Assembly (NCBI GenBank): GCA_027348115.1
Contig: DAIEQA010000212.1
Span: 1 to 32,000, forward strand
Reading direction: 5' to 3'
Origin: Ignavibacteriales bacterium
Lineage (GTDB): Bacteria > Bacteroidota > Ignavibacteria > Ignavibacteriales > Melioribacteraceae
DNA length: 32,000 nt
Part shown: one piece after another, positions 7,783 to 14,823 of the stretch
How positions within the stretch are numbered: position 1 is the first letter of the stretch
Layout of the letters: each line of letters begins with the position of its first letter
Made by a program: the position numbers and the translations under genes
Notes under the pieces: model-generated
What the model was told of the DNA's origin: nothing
Databases searched by the model: none
The model's input: only the letters and a program-made list of their open reading frames with translations

Positions 7783-8064
7783 TTTATCCCGTGAGATATA
7801 TTATGAGATATTTTTATGTATATGTATTAAAATCGAAAATAGACGGTAAATTTTATACCGGCTATACTAAGGATATTATTAGTAGAATTAAAGAGCATAA
7901 TCACGGCAAAGTATATTCTACAAAGAATAGAATACCTCTCAAACTAATTTATTGGGAGGGGTGTCTAAATCAAACGGATGCAACAAATCGAGAAAAATAT
8001 CTGAAAACCGCCTGGGGAAAGAGGTATATTAAAAATAGAATAAAAAATTATCTCACGGGATAAA
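7783..8064 (+). mobile_element. 282-bp insertion carrying a GIY-YIG ORF, bounded by perfect 16-bp inverted repeats
   Basis: TTTATCCCGTGAGATA (7783-7798) is the exact reverse complement of TATCTCACGGGATAAA (8049-8064). The segment separates the two halves of the RAYT reading frame. Confidence 0.75.
7803..8063 (+). CDS. small stand-alone GIY-YIG nuclease-family protein (UPF0213/YhbQ-like)
   Basis: 86 aa from ATG 7803 (the track starts at GTG 7791). Motifs: FYVYVLKS...GKFYTGYT (GIY...YIG), a conserved Arg in SRIKEHN, and NREKYLK (Glu). No DNA-binding extension is present. Confidence 0.85.
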   Translation: MRYFYVYVLKSKIDGKFYTGYTKDIISRIKEHNHGKVYSTKNRIPLKLIYWEGCLNQTDATNREKYLKTAWGKRYIKNRIKNYLTG

Positions 8065-8277
8065 CTCCCTGGTGGTATTACGTAACAATATGTACAAAAA
8101 AACATCTTGAATCGTTCGGAAAAATTGCAAATGCTGAAATGCATTTAAATGAATGCGGAATGATTGCATCAAAATGTTGGAAAGAAATTCCAAGTCATTT
8201 CCAAAATGCAGATTTAGATTATTATGTAATTATGCCGAATCATCTACATGGGATAATAATTATTAATCAAATAACCA

Positions 8278-8347
8278 GTAGAGACGTTGCACCCGTCTCG
8301 ACTCGGCTGGATGCGAGTCCAGACGAGGCGGAACGCAACGTCTCCAC
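8278..8347. repeat. nested REP-in-REP hairpin inside the RAYT coding sequence
   Basis: The outer arms GTAGAGACGTTGC / GCAACGTCTCCAC enclose an inner hairpin CGTCTCGACTCG-gctggatg-CGAGTCCAGACG. The element stays in frame and encodes SRDVAPVSTRLDASPDEAERNVST. Confidence 0.75.
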
Positions 8348-8596
8348 AAATAATTTTTATTCTGAAATTTCACCACGAAAAGGAACGCTTTCTGTAATAA
8401 TAAGATCATTCAAATCGGCATGTTCCAAAGAGATTCATGGTAAGACCCTTAATAATTTTGCATGGCAACCGCGTTTTTATGATAGAATTATTCGTAATGA
8501 AAAGGAATTGTACAATGTCAGGAAATATATTGAACTGAATCCTTTAAAATGGGAAATAGAAAAATTTGTACCGGAGAATATCGATTTATTCTAATG

Positions 8597-8622
8597 GTAG
8601 ACGTTGCATGCAACGTCTCTAC
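8597..8622. repeat. REP hairpin, family 2 (GTAGACGTTGCATGCAACGTCTCTAC)
   Basis: It begins 3 nt after the RAYT stop and has the same arms as 7691-7718, with a 2-nt bulge. The long ORF-track start at 8566 reads through it. Confidence 0.8.
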
Positions 8623-8655
8623 AAAAAATTTATAAACAAATATTCCGGAGGAAAC

Positions 8656-9816
8656 ATGGCAGAGCAAACCGGAAACGAAAAGGGCCCGGAAGAACAGAAA
8701 AAAGAACCGGACAGCTCCCCCAGCATTGATACTCTAAACGCCGAATTCTTAAAAGACCTAAAAGAAAATCCAAGGTATGTTCCCTTCTTTGAGCAGTACG
8801 AAACGCAGAGTGTAAAACATTTTATTGAACATTACGCGCGTCATAAGGCTATGTTGTTAACATATGGTAATTTATATGTAAAAGGTTATCAAAAAAGAAT
8901 TTCGCAGTATGCGGAAATGGCCGAGGAAAAATTATGGGAGATACAGCAGAGAAAATTATTCGATCTGCAATGCAGATGGAGGGCGAACCAGGTTAAAGTG
9001 CCGGAAATAAATACTACGGCCGACTTTATATTTTATGAAAAGAATATACGGCAATGCACATTTCTTACGCCTATATCCCAAGAGGAGTTTGACCGCTATT
9101 TGAATTTTGTTAAATCTTCTTCTTACGAGGATATATTTTTTGAAGATTGCGCGGACTGGCAGGATTACGAAGAACTCAAGGATTATTATATATACGGGCC
9201 TGAATCCGACGAGTACATGGAAGAAATTCTGCCGTGGTATGAATACTATGAAAGCGTAACCGGTCTTTCAGAATTATATTTACTCCCGGATTTGCGCGGT
9301 GAAAAAGAGAAATTCTACCGCAAGCTTTATTTCGATACAAAGACGAAAGAAAGTAAGCAGCAAAAAAAAGAAGAACCGCGGAAAGAACCTGATAAGCGTC
9401 CTACTATTGGTTTTGCCGATAACGAATTTATTGCGCATTTTATTGAAAAATTTGAGAATCATATACTTCTGCTCTACCATAAAGCGTATGTTAACGAACA
9501 GGAACTTGAAGATGACGGGGATTTGGAAAACGCTATTGAAACATTGAAAACAGCGGACAGGCTCCTTACTCTAAAAGAAGATACGGATTGGAGGAGCGCC
9601 CTAATTTCCGCGGCAAACGATTATGTTAAAACCAGGTTGATTGAAGAACTCCCCATAGCTTATAAAAACTATTTGTTCCGTATCGAATTAAAACTTGGTT
9701 TTCATACCGAAAACGATAATTACGACGACTGGTACGAAACATATAAAAAATACTCTAATGAAGCCGTACTGGGAGGGAGAGAATTGAACGGAGAGCCAAG
9801 GGATTTTAATTTTTAA
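8656..9816 (+). CDS. hypothetical protein (acidic, aromatic-rich, central Lys/Glu-rich linker)
   Basis: 386 aa from ATG 8656, which is preceded by GGAGG. The track's upstream extension overlaps the RAYT 3' end and the REP. No motif recognised. Confidence 0.65.
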   Translation: MAEQTGNEKGPEEQKKEPDSSPSIDTLNAEFLKDLKENPRYVPFFEQYETQSVKHFIEHYARHKAMLLTYGNLYVKGYQKRISQYAEMAEEKLWEIQQRKLFDLQCRWRANQVKVPEINTTADFIFYEKNIRQCTFLTPISQEEFDRYLNFVKSSSYEDIFFEDCADWQDYEELKDYYIYGPESDEYMEEILPWYEYYESVTGLSELYLLPDLRGEKEKFYRKLYFDTKTKESKQQKKEEPRKEPDKRPTIGFADNEFIAHFIEKFENHILLLYHKAYVNEQELEDDGDLENAIETLKTADRLLTLKEDTDWRSALISAANDYVKTRLIEELPIAYKNYLFRIELKLGFHTENDNYDDWYETYKKYSNEAVLGGRELNGEPRDFNF

Positions 9817-9819
9817 TTT

Positions 9820-9845
9820 GAGACGCCCCGTAAAAGGGCGTCTCT
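9820..9845. terminator. hairpin between convergent genes (REP-like GAGACG core), possibly a bidirectional terminator
   Basis: GAGACGCCC-cgtaaaa-GGGCGTCTC forms a 9-bp stem, located between the stops at 9816 (+) and 9854 (-). The flanks are only weakly T-rich. Confidence 0.5.
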
Positions 9846-9853
9846 ATAAAAAT

Positions 9854-12244
9854 TTACGCGAGAGATTCTTTAGTTCTTCTGAAGGCGGAAATTATAAATC
9901 CCGCAGCCATTACAAGCACGCCTATCCATACAAGACTTATAAAGGGTTTAATGCTCGCCTCAACCGTCAACACTTCTCTTGGAGCGGATGAAGTATGCGA
10001 GGCGTTGAGCTTGGAAAATACAAGACTAACTTCCTTGCCGGTTGCATTCATGGAAGTTATGGATATTTTCAAATCGGCATCCTTGGATTCTGCCGGAAAA
10101 TACTGCGGGCCCTGTCCTTCATTCTGCATATACGGTTCGAGAGATTCTTCCTTGCCGTTATATTTTATTGTAAGATCGGCGCCGATCTTAAAGGTTCCGC
10201 CGCCCATCATAGCGGACATATCTTTTGGAAGATTAAATTTATTAAAGACAATTTCCTTGCCGTCGAATTCGAATTTATCGCCGCTCTTCATAGTAGCCGT
10301 TGTGCCTTCCGGTTTATCCTCGGCATTGTCGTAACCGAGAGGAGCCACATAAAAATCGTGTGTGAAGCCAACCAGTATATCGGGTTCGCGCATTAAGCTG
10401 TTGTTAAAATCCGCAACGAACATAACCGGTTTAACAACGGCGGCTTTATCGCCGGTTCTTACTTCAACATTGAAATGATATTTCTTGCCGTTATCGAAAG
10501 GTTCATAACCAAGAAATGTCAATTCATGTCCGAGCACATTAACCTTTTGACCCTTGACGAGATCAACTTGCTTTTGCGTCGATTCGCCGGCAGTGGCTAA
10601 AACTCCTATTAAGAAAAGTGCAATACCTATATGAGCAATGTAAGCTCCGAGAAAAGATTTTCTACCGGTAAAAATTTTGTACGCAATTTCCACGTTAACA
10701 AACAATGCAAATGCAGAAGAAAAGGTTAGCAGCGCGAGCATCGGCTGGTATACTTTGCCGAATATTATTACAAGCAATGTGAGAATTATTGCGGCTGTCA
10801 ACGAGAAGCGGGACTGCTTCCACAAATCTTTCCCTTCCGTGAATTTCCATTTAAGTAAAATACTCAAGCCGTTCAACAATCCGATAATAATTGCCAACGG
10901 AAGATTTAATTCGTTATAAAAACTTGTTTGCACCGTTTGGCCAAAGATTGGAGCCGAGGTACCTACGGCAACAATAATAGCGGAGGCAATTAAAGCAACG
11001 GAGCCGGTAAACAGGGCAAGCTCTCTCGACAAAACATTTTCTTCAAAAGTAAAATGTTCGGTTAGATATTTCCATCTGTATATTATTCCGCCGATGCCGA
11101 GAATTGCAAAAGCAGATAAGAAAATTATAAGGAAGAGATAAACCGCCATGCCTGGATCAACAAAGGAATGCACCGATGCGTCGCCGAGTATTCCGCTTCT
11201 TGTTAAGAATGTGCTGTAAAGAACAAGAACGTAAGTCATAATGCTTAAGATAAGATTCATCTTAACAAACCTGCTTCCACCGCCTTTTTCCTGCGTCTTC
11301 TTCTGCACAAGCATTGTATGAATAGAAGCAACTCCAACGAGCCACGGAACAAGACTAGAATTTTCTACGGGGTCCCATCCCCAGTAACCGCCCCATCCCA
11401 AAACTCCGTAAGCCCAGTAACCGCCGAGCATGATAGCGAAACCGAGTATACACGCGCCGGTTAGAATCCACGGCAAAGCTTGCTTAACCCAATCGCGGTA
11501 TTCGTTTTTTAAGATGGCGGCCATTGCAAACGCAAACGGAACGGCGCTCATCGAAAAACCTGTGAACAGCATAGGCGGATGAATCTGCATCCAAAAATTT
11601 TGCAGAAGCGGGTTTAATCCTTTCCCCTGGATAATAAAATTGTTCATGGAAATATTATTGGCCGTAAGCGTAGCGTATAATTCCTTTCCCATTTGTATGA
11701 ACTGCTTGTTCGATTGCGGATCGGAAAAAATAAAACTCTGCAATGCAGGCAAACTCAGATATGCCGAATTAATATTTTTTAGATCGAGAAAGTCTTTCTG
11801 CATCCAGATATAATTAAACGGCGACTTAAGCAGCGGACTTACCATAACAAGCAATGCGGAAAGAGATAAAGTAAAAACCATCATTACGCGCGGTTCAAGG
11901 TCGCCACGTTTAGATGTATAATCCAAAAGTATCAAACCGATTATCGCGGTGAAGAAAGTCCAGAGCATAAAGCTTCCTTCCTGGCCGGCGTAAAAAGTAG
12001 AAATTAACAAACCCGTAGGAAGACCGCTGCCGCTGTAATCATAAATATATTTGTACTCATATTGATGGGTTAGAACTGCGTAGAGCAGCATGGCCGCCGC
12101 CGCAATAACCATTATTGCCGTTGTGTGGTAACCGAAACGCGCAAGCTGCAAAGTATTTTTATAACCTTTGTAGGTTAGAAAATACATTACAACGGTAAAC
12201 ACTCCGGCCATCAATCCCAGAGTGAGAATAATATTTCCGATCAT
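9854..12244 (-). CDS. ccmF: cytochrome c-type biogenesis protein CcmF (heme lyase, System I), long form
   Basis: 796 aa and polytopic. WWD motif WGGYWGWDPVENSSLVPW. It lies downstream of ccmE in the same orientation. CAGGAG precedes the ATG. Confidence 0.9.
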   Translation of the reverse strand: MIGNIILTLGLMAGVFTVVMYFLTYKGYKNTLQLARFGYHTTAIMVIAAAAMLLYAVLTHQYEYKYIYDYSGSGLPTGLLISTFYAGQEGSFMLWTFFTAIIGLILLDYTSKRGDLEPRVMMVFTLSLSALLVMVSPLLKSPFNYIWMQKDFLDLKNINSAYLSLPALQSFIFSDPQSNKQFIQMGKELYATLTANNISMNNFIIQGKGLNPLLQNFWMQIHPPMLFTGFSMSAVPFAFAMAAILKNEYRDWVKQALPWILTGACILGFAIMLGGYWAYGVLGWGGYWGWDPVENSSLVPWLVGVASIHTMLVQKKTQEKGGGSRFVKMNLILSIMTYVLVLYSTFLTRSGILGDASVHSFVDPGMAVYLFLIIFLSAFAILGIGGIIYRWKYLTEHFTFEENVLSRELALFTGSVALIASAIIVAVGTSAPIFGQTVQTSFYNELNLPLAIIIGLLNGLSILLKWKFTEGKDLWKQSRFSLTAAIILTLLVIIFGKVYQPMLALLTFSSAFALFVNVEIAYKIFTGRKSFLGAYIAHIGIALFLIGVLATAGESTQKQVDLVKGQKVNVLGHELTFLGYEPFDNGKKYHFNVEVRTGDKAAVVKPVMFVADFNNSLMREPDILVGFTHDFYVAPLGYDNAEDKPEGTTATMKSGDKFEFDGKEIVFNKFNLPKDMSAMMGGGTFKIGADLTIKYNGKEESLEPYMQNEGQGPQYFPAESKDADLKISITSMNATGKEVSLVFSKLNASHTSSAPREVLTVEASIKPFISLVWIGVLVMAAGFIISAFRRTKESLA

Positions 12245-12272
12245 AGTGAAAACTCCTGACTGCTAAACAAAG

Positions 12273-12659
12273 TTAGCTTGTTTTTTGCTGAGCCTGGTCC
12301 TGATATTTTGACGGGCATTTTGTGAGAATATCGGTCGCTTGAAAATTTCCGTTATGATATTTACCTGTAACAACTATGCTTGTAGACGATTCAAAGTTGT
12401 TGGGAATAGTGCCGTGGTAAACAACTTTCATAATGTCGCCATTGTTATCCTTCATATAAAACGAAAAGATATTGTTGGCTTTATCAACCTCGTAGTTTCT
12501 TTCTTTAACCCATGTGCCGGTAGCCCTAACTGTTTTACCGGATTGCATTACGGTCTCAAAATTCTGTTCGTACGAAACATTGGTTTGCGTAAAAAGGTAG
12601 ATCATTATGGCAAGAAACACTACAATTATTGCGCCGCCGAACATATATTTATTTTTCAT
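12273..12659 (-). CDS. ccmE: cytochrome c maturation heme chaperone CcmE, Cys-type (CxxxY) variant
   Basis: Start chosen at MKNKYMF (AAGGAG upstream). Single N-terminal TM helix, OB-fold-like body, and C-terminal LTKCPSKY in place of the canonical HDENY heme-binding motif. Confidence 0.8.
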   Translation of the reverse strand: MKNKYMFGGAIIVVFLAIMIYLFTQTNVSYEQNFETVMQSGKTVRATGTWVKERNYEVDKANNIFSFYMKDNNGDIMKVVYHGTIPNNFESSTSIVVTGKYHNGNFQATDILTKCPSKYQDQAQQKTS

Positions 12660-12663
12660 CTTG

Positions 12664-12834
12664 TTATTTCTCCTTTGTCTTGGAATCGGCAATGCCGATT
12701 TCCTTTTCAATTTCCTTGAGGCGCTTGTCTGTGTTAATCATAAACATAAAAATTCCGAACCAAACGACAAGGACAATAAATAAAACTATATAGATTGAAT
12801 TTCTTTCCAGGAATCCTAACAGGCCGTTATCCAA
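12664..12834 (-). CDS. CcmD-like small membrane protein
   Basis: 56-aa ORF missing from the track because it is under 60 aa: LDNGLLGFLERNSIYIVLFIVLVVWFGIFMFMINTDKRLKEIEKEIGIADSKTKEK. One TM helix followed by a charged tail. It fills the ccmC-ccmE gap. The start is a putative TTG. Confidence 0.45.
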   Translation of the reverse strand: MDNGLLGFLERNSIYIVLFIVLVVWFGIFMFMINTDKRLKEIEKEIGIADSKTKEK

Positions 12835-12841
12835 AATTACC

Positions 12842-13540
12842 TCAGTTTAATTTTTTCGTTAAGTTTTCTTTAATGATAATTGCTCTGTACCGCAGTTTGA
12901 GCATCCACAAATAAAGTATAGTAAAGGCAGTTAGAGATACATAAAATACCAACTGCATGTTTCCGTTCATTTTGAAATTCACAACCGGGCCGGCATTGTC
13001 GTCGTTTGCCGAACCGGGATGCAGACCGACCATGACTCTAGGCATTATGAAAATAAAAAACGGAACAGTTAAAAAAGCTATAATGGAGTAGACCGCAGAA
13101 AGTCGTGCCCGTTTATCTCCATTTTCGATTGCGGAACGTAATGCGAAAAGAGAGCCGTAGATGAGCAAGAGTATAAAGATGCTCGTCTCGCGCGGATCCC
13201 AATTCCAGAATGTTCCCCAATTGAATTTGGCCCAGATGGAACCGGTAACTGTAGCAAGAATGCTGAACATCATACCGAGCTGCAAAGCGGCGGCGGACTT
13301 TGAGTCGTCATCCAAATTTTTATTTCTAAGATATTTGATGCCATAAACCATAGCCATTAAAAATGCCAGCACCGAAAGCCAGGCGGTTGGAACGTGGAAG
13401 AAAATTATTCTTGCTTTATCTTCCAAGCCGGGTATGTTGGGAAATTCATACCATGCCGACGGATGTGGAACTATCGGAAATGTAATTCCGGCAATAATTA
13501 CCAACGACATCAATATAAAAAGAATTGTTTTCCAGATCAT
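12842..13540 (-). CDS. ccmC: heme exporter protein CcmC
   Basis: 232 aa, six predicted TM segments, WWD motif WGTFWNWDPRET. It is the first gene of the ccmCDEF run. Confidence 0.9.
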   Translation of the reverse strand: MIWKTILFILMSLVIIAGITFPIVPHPSAWYEFPNIPGLEDKARIIFFHVPTAWLSVLAFLMAMVYGIKYLRNKNLDDDSKSAAALQLGMMFSILATVTGSIWAKFNWGTFWNWDPRETSIFILLLIYGSLFALRSAIENGDKRARLSAVYSIIAFLTVPFFIFIMPRVMVGLHPGSANDDNAGPVVNFKMNGNMQLVFYVSLTAFTILYLWMLKLRYRAIIIKENLTKKLN

Positions 13541-13740
13541 AAAATAAATTTGATTGTAATTTAAATAAGATATTGCGCCTCGAAAATATGAAACGTATCG
13601 ATGATTATCAACGAGTTAATTAGTGACCATATTCAAAGCTCACAACAAATTATTAAAGAAATTAATTCCGAAATCTTTTTTAAGTTTATAACCAAATTGT
13701 TCAAAAAGACGTCTAATTCTCAAAAAGAACGGTACATAAT

Positions 13741-14823
13741 TTGGCAAAGTCTAATCCTATAAAACGAATGTTCGATCTTTACACCAGCGATTTAAGCTAC
13801 CAGGAGATTGAAAGACTTATCAAACGCGAAGCCGGAGAAGTTTATGAGTTCTTCGCAAAAGAAATTCCGAAACCGGACCACAACAGAAACAGAATTACTC
13901 GAGGATTAATATTCGCAAGAAGTCTCTTCAATGCGTTTATAATGAAGCTGACCCCGGCAAGAAGATTTTTTTATTTGGTAGCGCTATTATTTTTTATTGT
14001 GGGTTACGCAAACAACAAACCGGGATATGTTATACTCTCTTTTGTAATCTTTAATCTTTTACTGGCTTTTGAATTAGCCGATAAACTCTCTGCCAGGGGC
14101 GAATTAGACGTGGCGAGAAAAATTCAATCGGATATTATTCCGAAACATTCATCAAAACTTTTCAACTACGAGGTAGTTTCATTTTATGAACCGGCGCGCG
14201 AAGTTGGCGGCGATTACTTTGACATTATCGAAGGAGATGAACGTTCCTACATTTTTATCGGAGATATTTCCGGCAAAGGAATGGCGGCGGCTTTATATAT
14301 GGTACGGGTTCAATCCATACTTCATCTGCTTCTCGAAACAATGAAAGATATTAAGGATGTTGTGATTAATCTGAAAAAATATTTTTCAAAGAATTTACGG
14401 CGGGAATATTTTCTTACGCTCATCAGCGCTGTCGTTGAAAGCGACGGCACAATTGAATTATCAAGGGCCGGTCACCTGCCGGTCTTCTGGTTCAAATCCT
14501 CGACAAAAGAATTTGAAATTATTTGTCCCCAGGGTATAGGCATTGGATTTAACGACAGGGGTATTTTCGAAAAGACTCTTGAGATTGTAAAATTCCAGCC
14601 GTCGACACAGGACATTGTTTTCTTTTACACAGACGGGGTTTCCGAAACCATGAATGTTTTATTCCAGGAATACGGCGAAGAAAATATTAAGCGGGTAATA
14701 AAAAATTACGCAGAGAAATCCGCTACTGATATTAAGAATGCTTTGCTAAGGTCACTCGCCTCGTTCCGGGGAACAGCCGATCAACACGATGATGTTACAT
14801 TTGTAATTCTTAAAGCCGATTAA
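13741..14823 (+). CDS. PP2C-family serine phosphatase (SpoIIE/RsbU-like) with N-terminal membrane segments
   Basis: Motifs EVGGDYFD, GDISGKGMAAALYM, FFYTDGVSE and DDVTFVILK, plus two hydrophobic helices near residues 75-110. The start is uncertain (TTG 13741 or ATG 13768). Confidence 0.85.
   Translation: MAKSNPIKRMFDLYTSDLSYQEIERLIKREAGEVYEFFAKEIPKPDHNRNRITRGLIFARSLFNAFIMKLTPARRFFYLVALLFFIVGYANNKPGYVILSFVIFNLLLAFELADKLSARGELDVARKIQSDIIPKHSSKLFNYEVVSFYEPAREVGGDYFDIIEGDERSYIFIGDISGKGMAAALYMVRVQSILHLLLETMKDIKDVVINLKKYFSKNLRREYFLTLISAVVESDGTIELSRAGHLPVFWFKSSTKEFEIICPQGIGIGFNDRGIFEKTLEIVKFQPSTQDIVFFYTDGVSETMNVLFQEYGEENIKRVIKNYAEKSATDIKNALLRSLASFRGTADQHDDVTFVILKAD

Larger units (their letters stand above)
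7727..8594 (+). pseudogene. REP-associated tyrosine transposase (RAYT, IS200-like Y1/HUH), interrupted by the GIY-YIG insertion
   Basis: The N-terminal fragment MTKYKNTYRIESARLETWDLS (7727-7789) is in one frame. The remainder, TPWWYYVTICTKKHLESFGKI...VIMPNHLHGIIII...RFYDRIIRNEKELYNVRKYIELNP, is open from 8064 in another frame. Together they give the canonical RAYT N-terminus, HUH motif and Tyr motif. The listed ORF 8139..8594 is only the part after the first internal Met. Confidence 0.8.

Noticed and set aside
8566-8655. N-terminal extension of the 416-aa ORF (MYRRISIYSNGRRCMQRLYKK...).
   Set aside because: The extension overlaps the RAYT 3' end and is translated straight through the REP palindrome at 8597-8622. 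A GGAGG-preceded ATG at 8656 is the more plausible start.
12660-12710. 17-codon upstream extension of ccmE (MKRKSALPIPRQRRNNK).
   Set aside because: It overlaps the CcmD-like ORF. The ATG at 12659 has an AAGGAG site upstream and gives the usual short cytoplasmic N-terminus followed by a TM helix.
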